DNA from: an uncultured Methanosarcinaceae archaeon
GTDB lineage: Archaea; Halobacteriota; Methanosarcinia; Methanosarcinales; Methanosarcinaceae
Assembly (NCBI GenBank): GCA_963847185.1
Contig: CAWJYV010000008.1
Span: 608,001-672,000, forward strand
Direction of reading: 5' to 3'
Length of the DNA stretch: 64,000 nt
Shown here: positions 20,124-30,260 of the stretch, piece after piece
How the letters are laid out: each line of letters starts with the position of its first letter
How positions within the stretch are numbered: the first letter of the stretch is position 1
Position numbers and translations under genes: made by a program
The notes under the pieces: model-generated
What the model was told of the DNA's origin: nothing
The model's database searches: none
What the model saw: only the letters and a program-made list of their open reading frames with translations

Positions 20124-22649
20124 ATGGAGAAGTCAGAAAAAATCAGTCAGAATAAAGATGCACGAAAAAAAGATCCGAAAGAGATCCTCGTGCTTGGAGC
20201 TGCTCTCTTAGCTGGCTTCATCATGCGCATGCTCTCGTATGCCGCAGTTACTGCAAACGGGAGCATAACCTTCCCTGGATATGATGATTATTATCATATG
20301 CGGCGCATTCTTTATGCAGTTTCAAGTTTTCCCAATTCACTTAATTTCGATTCTTACCTCAACTATCCTTATGGCTATGAAATCGGATGGCCTCCTTTTT
20401 TTGACCTGTTAGGTGCTCTGCTTGCAAAAATTCTCGGAGGAGGGCAGCCTGATCCGCATACTATCGAATTTGCAGGAGCATTACTGCCGGTACTTCTCGG
20501 AACTCTGACAATAATCCCACTGTATATAGCAGCCAGCTCGGTTTTTGACAAAAAAACCGGACTTCTCGGGGCTTTCATTTTCGCAGTCATTCCAGCCCAT
20601 TTATACGTATCCCGTTTTGGAGCGGCTGACCATCACGTAGCAGAGGCACTCCTATCTACGGCAGCTTATGCATGTTTTATACTTGCCTTGAAAATTGCAA
20701 ATAAAAAAAATCTTTCCTTAAATTCGCTTAAGAACATATCAGAAAAAAGAGACCTTATAACTTCTCTGGTTCTTGCAGCGGTTTCAGGGCTGTTTCTTGC
20801 ACTCCTAATTTACACATGGGTAGGAGCTCCTGTTTTTGTAAGTTTTATCGTATTGTATGCATTCATACAGACCACAATCGATCTCAAAGCTGGAAAAGAA
20901 TCCGATTACCTATTTATCTGCTCAATTACATGCATTGTTTCAACACTTCTGTTTACTATTCCCCTGTCAGCCGGATCAGTGCGACCAGGTCTGGAAATGA
21001 GTGCAGTATACATTTCCTGGTTTCAGGTATTTTATGTGCTCAGCATGCTAGTTGGAGCTTTCCTCCTCTGGGGGCTTTCTGGATCTGTCTCAAAAAAGGC
21101 TCTGGACTGGAAGTTTTATCCTGGAATCTTAATTCTGGTTTTAGGTGCAGGTATTCTCTCTCTGCGAATTTTTTCCGCAGAATCCTACTCTTTTGTGATG
21201 GAAGGTCTGAGATTCTTCACAGGAAAAGGGGAATATATAGGAACCATTTCCGAAGCTGTGCCTTTATTTTTGACAGGACAGGGAAATCTTACTTTCGGAC
21301 CGGTACTGGGAAGTTTTGGACTCTGCTTTATTGCAGCTTTGATAGCTTTCTTCCTGCTCGGACTTGAGTGGAAAGGTGAGAACTCAAAGCCAGAAGGAAT
21401 ATATCTCCTTTTATGGACAGCCTTTTCCGCATATCTCGTTCTTTCGCAGAGGCGTTTCTCGTATCTTTTTTCAGTAAATGTTGCAATTCTTACCTCCTAT
21501 TTACTCTGGATTTTGTTTGAATCGCTCAATTTTGAAACTGAAGTAAGGAACCTGTTAAAACTCGGAAAAAAGAATCAAAATAATAAAACTACTCATCAGG
21601 TTTCAAAAGAAACAAAATTAAAGACAAAGTCAAAAGTAAAAGCAAAGAATGAATCAGCAAAGAATGAATTAACAAAGGATAGGTTACTAAAGAACAGATC
21701 AGGATCGAAAAGTAATCAGAACCCTGATTACTTCAAAATTGTTTCATCACTGGTTCTTTTAGGGCTTGTCTTTGTACCCTGTATATGGGCAGGAGTTGCT
21801 TTTGCAAAAAGTACGAGTTCGATTGATGGAGCCTGGCAGGACTCTCTGCAATGGTTAGAAACTTCCAGCCCCGAGACTTCTTATTACCTTCAGCCTTCTC
21901 AAACTCCAGAGTATGGAGTTCTGAGCTGGTGGGACTATGGAAACTGGATCGTATATCTCTCAAAAAGGCCTGCAGTCTCGAATAATTTCCAGACAGGCGT
22001 TGAAGATTCTGCACATTTTTTCATAACTGACTCAGAACAGGAAGCAAAAGCTATCATCGAAAAACTCAAGGTAAAATATGTGATAACCGATACACTGATG
22101 GCAGGTGGCAAATTTTCGGCTATTTCTGAACTTGCAGGAAAAAACGTCACGGATTATTTTGATGTTCAAACAGTCAAAGGAAAAACGGGTCTTCAGACGG
22201 TTGCAACTCCGAAAAATGCCTTTATGAATACTGAAGTATATAAGCTTCAAGAACTTGACGGCTCAAATCTCGGAAACTTGCGGCTCATTCACGAAAGTGT
22301 AGCAAATAGCACGGAGAATAAAAATAACAAAGATAATACTGTAAAGGTATTCGAATATGTTTCAGGAGCTAGGCTTTCAGGTACTGTAAATCCAAAAGAG
22401 ACTGTTACTGCGACACTTGAATTGCGCTCAAATACAGGTAGAGGATTCACATATCAGAACAAAGCGGCGGCAGATGAAAAAGGTTTATTTGAAATAACCG
22501 TGCCTTATTCGACAGAAAATACTGGAACCGAAACCACTGCTACGTCAACCTATTCCATTAGCTCAGAAGAAAACGTTACAGCAACAGGAATCCAGGTAAA
22601 AGAAAGTGATGTTCTGAACGGGAACACAATAGAAGTAAACAATTCCTGA
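20124..22649 (+). CDS. aglB: Oligosaccharyltransferase AglB (STT3 family)
   Basis: DDYYH, DHH, TISE and WWDYG motifs with many TM helices; the upstream GTG start lies in a short tandem duplication, so ATG 20124 is preferred. Confidence 0.93.
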   Translation: MEKSEKISQNKDARKKDPKEILVLGAALLAGFIMRMLSYAAVTANGSITFPGYDDYYHMRRILYAVSSFPNSLNFDSYLNYPYGYEIGWPPFFDLLGALLAKILGGGQPDPHTIEFAGALLPVLLGTLTIIPLYIAASSVFDKKTGLLGAFIFAVIPAHLYVSRFGAADHHVAEALLSTAAYACFILALKIANKKNLSLNSLKNISEKRDLITSLVLAAVSGLFLALLIYTWVGAPVFVSFIVLYAFIQTTIDLKAGKESDYLFICSITCIVSTLLFTIPLSAGSVRPGLEMSAVYISWFQVFYVLSMLVGAFLLWGLSGSVSKKALDWKFYPGILILVLGAGILSLRIFSAESYSFVMEGLRFFTGKGEYIGTISEAVPLFLTGQGNLTFGPVLGSFGLCFIAALIAFFLLGLEWKGENSKPEGIYLLLWTAFSAYLVLSQRRFSYLFSVNVAILTSYLLWILFESLNFETEVRNLLKLGKKNQNNKTTHQVSKETKLKTKSKVKAKNESAKNELTKDRLLKNRSGSKSNQNPDYFKIVSSLVLLGLVFVPCIWAGVAFAKSTSSIDGAWQDSLQWLETSSPETSYYLQPSQTPEYGVLSWWDYGNWIVYLSKRPAVSNNFQTGVEDSAHFFITDSEQEAKAIIEKLKVKYVITDTLMAGGKFSAISELAGKNVTDYFDVQTVKGKTGLQTVATPKNAFMNTEVYKLQELDGSNLGNLRLIHESVANSTENKNNKDNTVKVFEYVSGARLSGTVNPKETVTATLELRSNTGRGFTYQNKAAADEKGLFEITVPYSTENTGTETTATSTYSISSEENVTATGIQVKESDVLNGNTIEVNNS

Positions 22650-22803
22650 GAAGTAGCCAACTTCTGAGTAGAATAAAAAAAGAGGAGAAGCAAGAAAAAG
22701 AGAAAAATCTTTTTCTTCTTTTAATCCTTATAATTTATAAATAATTTCCTAACTTTTTTCTAAAACTTTCAGTGAAGACCATTATCCTTATTTTAATAAA
22801 AAA

Positions 22804-24270
22804 TTATTCTCCTCCGCTTTCTACCCCGACTGCACTCAAGAATCTTTTGACTACTGCTTCGTTAACTAGCCTCAAGAGTGTCTGTCTATCTTTTGTAGCG
22901 CTGAAAACCCCTAAAGGAATCTGGGCTCCTGCCGCATTTGCGTGCCCTCCGGCATCTTCCCCAAAAGCCTGACGCATAATTTCACCCAGATTAACTCTAA
23001 TGTCATTGCTGCGTCCGGAGATATAAATACGATCTTCGGTAACTCCAAAAACTACTGTTGTGGAAATCCCCTCAAGGCCCAAAAGATAATCTGCGGCCTG
23101 CGGTAGGGTATCTCGATCCCTTATATTACCTACATTCGAAAGGAGATAACTTCCTATTACCTGTCGATTTCGAATTGCCTCTCCAAGTACCTCAAGGGTT
23201 TCAATAGCCATTGAAGGTTGTTCAAGCTGATCAAGAATGCCGTGGTTCGAAAGTGGATAGAGGTACGAAGCAGCTGAGAGATCTGCAGGGTCGGTTTTCC
23301 TCTTAAAGTCCTGGGTATCGGTCCGAATCCCATAAAGTAAAGCTGTTGCCATGGTCTTGGTAATATTGATATTAAGCTGCTGCAAGTACTTTGTCATTAT
23401 AGTGGCAGTTGCCCCGAAGTTAGGCCGAATGTCTATATAATCAGCCTTTATCTCAATTTCTCCCGGAGGATGGTGATCAATAACAATACCTACATATGAA
23501 TTTGGAGGTACCATATTGTTAACCCCGGGAACTGCGCAGTCTATCAGGGCAATTTCATCGAATTTTTTAAGATCGTATTCTTCCATCTTGCCAAGATCAA
23601 TCCCAAGCAGATTTACAAAAGCTTTGTTTTCCTGATGACCTATCCTGCCGTGGTAGAGAATGTTCGCCTCTACACCAAGATTTTTTGCAATCTCCTTTAA
23701 GGCAAGACCGCTGGAGATGGCATCTGGATCAGGGTTATCATGAATTACAATAGCAAGTTTCTTATCTCGTATTCCCTTCAGCCACCTGGCAAGCCTGTTA
23801 CCCCTGTGGACTGACTCAGCCCTCTCAAGCGAACGGGAAAGAGAGCTTGCAACAAGCTTAGAAGGCATAAAGACATAATCTGCCCCAAGATCTTCCATCT
23901 TTTCCTTGTTGATAATATCTGAAGCCCGGGAAAAGAGCTGGACATCGGGGTTGATAGCCTTCTTGAAATTTTCAATACCCTTCCTGTTTGCCTCGTTATT
24001 GGAAGTAAGAAAAAGTATAACAACAACATTCTTAATATCAATTTTAGTAACGAGCTCAGGATCCGAAATGTCACCTACAATCGTTTCGAAACCTTCCTCT
24101 CTGAGAGTCTCTACTTTGGCTTCGTCTTTATCTACAATAATTACAAGTTTATTACTTTCTCTGAGCTCTTTTGCAAGCGCAAAACCAATACTTCCACTGC
24201 CAAGAACCAGGTATCTGGGTTTGACTGTGCTCTTAAGGTTGCTATCCGCATCTTTTGAAAAACTAGACAA
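22804..24270 (-). CDS. TrkA-N (RCK) domain fused to DHH/DHHA1 phosphoesterase
   Basis: LGSGSIG Rossmann motif; NPDPDA, IDHH, GIRTDT and GGHANAAG motifs. Confidence 0.88.
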   Translation of the reverse strand: MSSFSKDADSNLKSTVKPRYLVLGSGSIGFALAKELRESNKLVIIVDKDEAKVETLREEGFETIVGDISDPELVTKIDIKNVVVILFLTSNNEANRKGIENFKKAINPDVQLFSRASDIINKEKMEDLGADYVFMPSKLVASSLSRSLERAESVHRGNRLARWLKGIRDKKLAIVIHDNPDPDAISSGLALKEIAKNLGVEANILYHGRIGHQENKAFVNLLGIDLGKMEEYDLKKFDEIALIDCAVPGVNNMVPPNSYVGIVIDHHPPGEIEIKADYIDIRPNFGATATIMTKYLQQLNINITKTMATALLYGIRTDTQDFKRKTDPADLSAASYLYPLSNHGILDQLEQPSMAIETLEVLGEAIRNRQVIGSYLLSNVGNIRDRDTLPQAADYLLGLEGISTTVVFGVTEDRIYISGRSNDIRVNLGEIMRQAFGEDAGGHANAAGAQIPLGVFSATKDRQTLLRLVNEAVVKRFLSAVGVESGGE

Positions 24271-24838
24271 AAATAATCCTCCCTATATCATGTAAGTCCG
24301 GACACATGCAAAGGAAAGCAAACATTTGATCAGAGTCCTGCCCATTTACAGTTTTACTGAAGTCAATAATTATCAGTTGACTGTTAGTTAACTGCGATAG
24401 TGGCGTTTTTATTTAATGATAATTACTCTTATTAATTATTAATTTTGTTGATCTTCGTTATTCAGGCTAAAATTGACTTTCTCTATACAGGCTTAATTTC
24501 CTTCTGGGATACATTCTATGTTTTACCAGATTATATGGCTTTTCCAAATAACTTAGTCCTTCAGATATATATGTTATATCAAATTGTAACGTATATATAA
24601 TAAACCAAATAAGTTTTCCTTAAGGTAAAAATATAATATAAAGTTTATGCGAATCAAATCTTCCGCACTTCAATTTGACATTTTAATACTTGATTTCCCG
24701 ATGCGCGGATTGCACTTTGATTTGATCGAAGTCTGGAGGCTTTAGCTTTGCAGAGAAGCGTGAAAGAAGAGCGTGAGATGCCTTCCCAACTGCCCCGGAA
24801 TAATAACTCTGATGAGAATAAATATACGGGTGATTAAC

Positions 24839-26347
24839 ATGAAGTTAATCAATTCTTCGCGGATGAAAGCAATCGACAGAAATTGCGAACACCTTGGCCT
24901 GCTTCCTATCCAGCTAATGGAAAATGCGGGAGCTGTTATTGCACAGAATATAGGAGAGAGACTTGAAAGCGGCAAAATACTATTTGTCGCAGGCCGTGGA
25001 AACAATGGAGGAGATGCTTTTGTTGCCTCAAGACACCTTGCAGGCTCTTCAGGATACACTGTGAAGGTAATTCTGCTCGGGAAAGCCCAGGACATAAAAA
25101 CCAGGGAGGCTGTCCACAACTTTTCCCTGTTAAGATTTAGCAATGTGCAGATTCTGGAAATAAGAGATTCAAGTCAACTTACAGCCGAGGCTTCAAACTG
25201 GTTCTTAGAAGCGGACGTAATAGTAGATGCCGTGTTCGGGACAGGAGTAAAAGGCAATATAAAAGAACCCGAATCAACAGCCATTAATCTCATAAACAGA
25301 GCAGGAAAATCAGGGAAAACCGTAATTTCTGTCGATATTCCCTCCGGGCTTGACCCTGATGGAGGGGACTTTGGAAAAGCAGTAAATGCGGAACTTACGG
25401 TTACTTTTCACCGCATGAAAATCGGACTTTTAAGCGAAAAGGCAAAAGAATATACCGGCACGATAAAGGTGGCAGAGATAGGAGTCTGTGCGGATGCCGA
25501 GCAGTACGTGGGCCCAGGAGACCTGACTATGTTGCACAGGCGAAAGTCGGAAGGGCATAAAGGAGATTCAGGAAAGATCCTTGTAATAGGAGGAGGCCCA
25601 TATTCAGGTGCTCCAGCCCTTGCAGCCCTCGCGGCTCTGAAAGCAGGCACTGACCTGGTAACTGTAGCAGTTCCTGCGCCGGTAGCCGAAATCGTTGCAT
25701 CTTATTCTCCGGATCTTATAGTTAGAAAACTCTCTTCAAATATTCTCTGTCCGGAAGATCTTCCAGTCCTTTCTGACCTTATTAATTCTCATGATGTTGT
25801 TGTTATGGGGATGGGACTAGGAAGAGCGCAGGAAACTTTTGAAACCGTCCGAAAAATCCTGCCCTTCTGCAGGAGAGCCGTCCTTGATGCAGATGCCCTC
25901 TCAGCTCTCTCAGGCTCTATTTTTGAGACCCTTGCCGGGAACTGTGAACTGATAGTAACTCCTCACGCAGGAGAATTTGCCCGTTTGAGGGGCATGGAAA
26001 CTCCTGAAAACCATGAGGCTCGCATGAAAGCAGTAAGAGAGTTTTCAGAAGAAAAAGGAGTAGTAACACTCCTAAAAGGAAAAATAGACATTATTTCGGA
26101 CGGGAAACAGATCCTCCAGAACAGGACAGGAAATGCAGGTATGACAGTAGGAGGTACGGGAGATGTCCTTGCAGGCCTTACAGGAGCTCTTTTTTCCAGA
26201 AACCCTGCATTTCTTGCTGCAGCCTGTGCTGCATACATTAACGGATCAGCCGGAGATCTGGTTTTTGAGAAATCCGGAAACGGACTTCTTGCCACGGACG
26301 TGGTAGAAAAAATTCCTGAAATAATTAAAGAGGCAGATATAGGGTGA
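24839..26347 (+). CDS. nnr: Bifunctional NAD(P)H-hydrate epimerase/dehydratase
   Basis: LMENAG, GNNGGD, DIPSG, HKGDSG, TPHAGEF and GGTGDVLAG motifs; ATG 24839 after GGTGA. Confidence 0.93.
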   Translation: MKLINSSRMKAIDRNCEHLGLLPIQLMENAGAVIAQNIGERLESGKILFVAGRGNNGGDAFVASRHLAGSSGYTVKVILLGKAQDIKTREAVHNFSLLRFSNVQILEIRDSSQLTAEASNWFLEADVIVDAVFGTGVKGNIKEPESTAINLINRAGKSGKTVISVDIPSGLDPDGGDFGKAVNAELTVTFHRMKIGLLSEKAKEYTGTIKVAEIGVCADAEQYVGPGDLTMLHRRKSEGHKGDSGKILVIGGGPYSGAPALAALAALKAGTDLVTVAVPAPVAEIVASYSPDLIVRKLSSNILCPEDLPVLSDLINSHDVVVMGMGLGRAQETFETVRKILPFCRRAVLDADALSALSGSIFETLAGNCELIVTPHAGEFARLRGMETPENHEARMKAVREFSEEKGVVTLLKGKIDIISDGKQILQNRTGNAGMTVGGTGDVLAGLTGALFSRNPAFLAAACAAYINGSAGDLVFEKSGNGLLATDVVEKIPEIIKEADIG

Positions 26348-26536
26348 CAGAAATGAAGTGTAGAAGTTTAGAAGCATAGAAGCGCGTTATGGCATCGAAA
26401 AGTAGGCATCAAAACATTAAAATTAATATCAGAATTAATATTTATATAAGGCGAATTTCCATGATCTATATAGCATAATAAGGTATAAAACAAAAGGTAT
26501 GGGTAAAAAGATTGGACATAAAAGGGGAGATAACAG

Positions 26537-26722
26537 ATGGTAGAGGGAATTGACAGGAAAATTGAAGTGGAGATCGAGAGGAACAGAATAAGAATTACGG
26601 TTTTTCACGGGGAAGATGAGGAGATTATAAAACTTAAGCTTGAGGAAGCCGAAAAGCTTTCGGAAGAACTTAAGCAGGCATTTGAAGACTATTCAAAGAG
26701 AAAACAGATCAGGATTGACTGA
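26537..26722 (+). CDS. Small hypothetical protein
   Basis: GGGGAG RBS, own TATA-like box, plausible acidic 61-aa protein. Confidence 0.7.
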   Translation: MVEGIDRKIEVEIERNRIRITVFHGEDEEIIKLKLEEAEKLSEELKQAFEDYSKRKQIRID

Positions 26723-26748
26723 GCAGAAAGGAAAAACGCGGTGATTTT

Positions 26749-27291
26749 GTGGAAAAGGTATTTACTCATATAGAATCCGGCAGAGCGCATATGGTTAACG
26801 TCAGTGAAAAGAGTGATGTTCCGAGACTGGCTCGGGCTGCAGGGGAAATAGTACTTTCCAGAGAAACCATACAAAAAATAAAGACCGGAAATGTGGAGAA
26901 AGGAAACGTACTTGCAACTGCGCGAGTTGCAGCTATACTTGCAGTTAAAAAAACTCCTGAAATAATTCCCATGTGCCATCCCATTATGATCACCGCCGCA
27001 GATGTGGATTTCGAAATAAGGGATGAGGTAATCTCAGCCATAGTAGAAGTTCAAACTGTGGGGAAAACAGGGGTTGAGATGGAAGCTCTCACAGGAGTTT
27101 CGGCAGCGTTACTGACGATATGGGATATGGTAAAGTCGGCTGAAAAAGACGAGAGCGGGAATTATCCCCATACCTCGATAAGAAATATCAGAGTACTGGA
27201 AAAACTTAAAGGTAAACATTTTGTAACCATTCAATCTACAGAAAATCCTGTTGATATTAATTTTGAAGTAACAGATAAATGTGACTACTAA
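26749..27291 (+). CDS. moaC: Cyclic pyranopterin monophosphate synthase
   Basis: MVNVSEK, IPMCHP, KTGVEMEAL and IWDMVKS motifs. Confidence 0.95.
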   Translation: MEKVFTHIESGRAHMVNVSEKSDVPRLARAAGEIVLSRETIQKIKTGNVEKGNVLATARVAAILAVKKTPEIIPMCHPIMITAADVDFEIRDEVISAIVEVQTVGKTGVEMEALTGVSAALLTIWDMVKSAEKDESGNYPHTSIRNIRVLEKLKGKHFVTIQSTENPVDINFEVTDKCDY

Positions 27292-27462
27292 TAAGAGTTA
27301 ATAATATCAAAGCTATCTGTTTACAATCTTGTTTATCTGTATTTCAAGAGCTCTGTTAGTATACTTGCCAGGTAGCCTGCGAGAGCCCAGACAGTAAGAC
27401 TTGTGAAAAATAAGCTTTTTAAAGGATGGGTTATATCAAGACGGGAGACTGAGGTATATATC

Positions 27463-28317
27463 TTGAAGATCTTAGGTGGACCAGCATCACAGTTACTTGC
27501 CAGCCGTACTGCCCGGGCTTTAGGGACAGAGCCAGTGCTTTGCGAGTTTAACCGGTTCCCTGATGGGGAACTTTACCTTCGAATAGCAGATGAGATAGAA
27601 AACGAGAAAGTAACGATTATCCAGAGCACACCCACTGATTCCGACCTTGTTTCTTTGCTCCAGCTTATCGATGCCTGTGAGGGGGCAAAAGAGCTCAATG
27701 TCGTAATCCCTTATATGGGATACGCCAGGCAGGACAAGAAGTTCAAGTCCGGAGAGCCAATAAGTGCTCGTGCAGTTGCCCGCTCCCTCAACGCTGACCG
27801 GATTTTCACAGTGAATATACATGAGAAAAGTGTTCTTGAACATTTCCTGGCCCCCGCCAAAAACCTTGATGCGGCAAAACTGCTTGGGGAATATATTGCA
27901 GGCTTCGGGCTGGAAAATCCTATTCTTGTTGCTCCTGATGAGGGAGCTGAAGGCCTTGTTAAGAATGTGTCTTCTGGTCCGGGTTTAGACCATGATCACC
28001 TGCAGAAAACCAGGCTCAGCGGAGATACGGTTATAATCAAGACAAAGAGTGTCGATGTAACCGGCAGGCACGTTGTCCTTGTTGATGATATGATCGCAAC
28101 AGGAGGGACAATGGCCGAATCTATCAGGATGCTGAGAGATCAGGGAGCAGTCGATGTTCACCTTGTCTGTGTACACCCTGTCCTTGCAAGAAACGCGGCT
28201 TTGAGGCTTTTCAATGCAGGAGTAAAAGATATTATCTCAACCGATACCCTCGAAAAAGCTGAAAGCAGAATAAGTGTTGCCCCTCTTATAGCAAATGCCC
28301 TGAAAGGGCTTCAATGA
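27463..28317 (+). CDS. prs: Ribose-phosphate pyrophosphokinase
   Basis: FPDGE, YARQDK, APDEG and VDDMIATGGT motifs; TTG at 27463 after GAGGT. Confidence 0.93.
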   Translation: MKILGGPASQLLASRTARALGTEPVLCEFNRFPDGELYLRIADEIENEKVTIIQSTPTDSDLVSLLQLIDACEGAKELNVVIPYMGYARQDKKFKSGEPISARAVARSLNADRIFTVNIHEKSVLEHFLAPAKNLDAAKLLGEYIAGFGLENPILVAPDEGAEGLVKNVSSGPGLDHDHLQKTRLSGDTVIIKTKSVDVTGRHVVLVDDMIATGGTMAESIRMLRDQGAVDVHLVCVHPVLARNAALRLFNAGVKDIISTDTLEKAESRISVAPLIANALKGLQ

Positions 28318-28374
28318 GTTGCTTTAATTTTTATAACCGTTAACTATTTTTTATATTCTGCTATTCTTAATATT

Positions 28375-29091
28375 ATGTCCCTACCAGAAATCTGTCCACT
28401 TGATGAAACCCAGATATGCAAAGGGCGGGAGTGCCATCTCTTCTGTCTGGAATGGAGAACTAGAGAACCTACTTGTCTTATAGGTTACAGTACGACAAGT
28501 AAAGTAAAGTCCGGAAATGAGGGTCGTAAGAAGGATACTTACGCTGAAGAAACCTTCAGGAAGTTAGGCAGGCAGCCTCTCTCTAAAAAAAGACACTCTT
28601 CTGAAAATGGGGATTGGACTCCTAAGAGGCCCATAGAAAAACCCCAGGGAAGACCTGTTGAAAGAAAAGAGGAAATATTCACTCCGGCAGCAAATTTTCA
28701 GGAACCAGTTGCAAGAAATCCTGAGCTAAAACCTGAGAAAGATCATGATGAAAGGTTGAAAGAAAGATTTGCCTTCGGTGAAGCCGAGAAAGCATCTATG
28801 AGACTTGAGGCCCGGCTAAAAAAAGAGCCTGGTGAAGAACAACAAATAATATATGGAAAAACTCAGCCAAAACTTCAGGAAAAACCGAAAGTACCGGAAA
28901 AAATAATTTCAAGAGATAGGAATACAACGATTTTTGTATCCAGTGATGCGGACGAAAAGAAAGACCTTTACCTGTCAGAGAGAGAAGAAAAAGCAAAAAA
29001 AAACCTGGAAAACAGGGAAAAACGTAAGAAGCTTGAAGAAGTCATGGAGATAGACCTTCCTGACGGTTATAAAGAGGAATTCTGGAGCTAA
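28375..29091 (+). CDS. Hypothetical protein: Cys-rich N-terminus, charged disordered body, EEFW C-terminus
   Basis: CPL..C...C..FC...C followed by E/K/P-rich sequence; TATA about 25 nt upstream suggests a leaderless transcript. Confidence 0.65.
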   Translation: MSLPEICPLDETQICKGRECHLFCLEWRTREPTCLIGYSTTSKVKSGNEGRKKDTYAEETFRKLGRQPLSKKRHSSENGDWTPKRPIEKPQGRPVERKEEIFTPAANFQEPVARNPELKPEKDHDERLKERFAFGEAEKASMRLEARLKKEPGEEQQIIYGKTQPKLQEKPKVPEKIISRDRNTTIFVSSDADEKKDLYLSEREEKAKKNLENREKRKKLEEVMEIDLPDGYKEEFWS

Positions 29092-29258
29092 CAGAGCGTT
29101 ACCTGAAAAGAAGGAGATACTCAACAAACAACAGAAGGAATTATGAGTGAATCAATTTCACGCTTGAAAAGGCCTTTGATATTGAGAATTTTTCGTCACT
29201 CATGCTGTTTGGTTTTCGTTTTGCATGCTCCGGAAAAAACAAAATATGGATATGATGA

Positions 29259-30053
29259 TTGAGGATGGACCGCCAGACATACCAGAAAATATACAGTTCA
29301 CTGCATGACTTTAAAGACGTTTTCCGCCTCTCGGAAGAATACGCCGAACCTCCAGGCACGTTAGCTACGATTCTGAACCAGAAAGTAGTGAAAATGACAA
29401 GATTCAAGCACAGAAGAATTTATTCCAGAGAGCAGGAGCTTTTTTTAAAATGGAAGCAGGGACGTTCAATTCTTGATCTTGCGGAATATACCGGTTTTCC
29501 CCCTACCCTCATGGCGGCTCTCATCATGAAAAATTGTGATATCTCCAAGAAATCTGTAAACTGGTTTTTCAAGAATATTGATCTTATTGAAAACCGCCGC
29601 CTTAGAAAGGAGGTTAAAAAAGCCCTTGAGGTAGACCATTTCTTCTCCCCTCATGCCCACGAGATGCAGTGTAAGAAAGGTGCAATGGGAGAAGAAGTTA
29701 TTCGAAAATGGCTGGATGACAGGGGGATTCTTTACTGTACTGAAGCAGAAATTCGGGCTAAGGGAGATGGAAAGACCCCTGACTTTGTCCTGGCAAACCC
29801 TCTATGCGTAGATGATCTCATGGTCAACTGGATTGAAAGCAAAGCTCTTTTCGGAGATGACTTCGAACATGAGCATTATTCTAAAAAACAATTCAGGGAA
29901 TACGCCGAGATTTTCGGAGAAGGCATGGTTGTATACTGGTATGGTTGCCTTGAAGATCTTCCTGCAGAGGGCTACCTGGTAAAGAATCACAGCTTTTTTG
30001 ACGATTATCAGGAAGAAGTCAACGAATTGTTTAATTATCTGGTGTACTGGTAA
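29259..30053 (+). CDS. C15orf41/CDIN1-like (TPD-domain) PD-(D/E)XK nuclease-fold protein
   Basis: KTPDF...WIESKALFGD...Q...Y...FGEG.VVYWYG signature. Confidence 0.8.
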   Translation: MRMDRQTYQKIYSSLHDFKDVFRLSEEYAEPPGTLATILNQKVVKMTRFKHRRIYSREQELFLKWKQGRSILDLAEYTGFPPTLMAALIMKNCDISKKSVNWFFKNIDLIENRRLRKEVKKALEVDHFFSPHAHEMQCKKGAMGEEVIRKWLDDRGILYCTEAEIRAKGDGKTPDFVLANPLCVDDLMVNWIESKALFGDDFEHEHYSKKQFREYAEIFGEGMVVYWYGCLEDLPAEGYLVKNHSFFDDYQEEVNELFNYLVYW

Positions 30054-30260
30054 TCGTCTAGTGCAATTTAAATCTCTTTTTAAAGACAATTCCTATTAAA
30101 TACATTACTAATTTATTAGTAATGCATTAGATAGACCTTGTTTTTGCAGTTGTATGACACTTTATTACGCTCCATGAGTAGAGAAATTTATGTGACCATA
30201 CAATTATTAACGTGAAAATATAATTATCCAATATTCAACTGAAAAGTACTGGGGGGTAAT

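Noticed and set aside
24653-24726. Possible structured leader of nnr (atcaaatc/gatttgat, tccgc/gcgga)
   Set aside because: Short AT-rich stems that could arise by chance; TSS position is unclear
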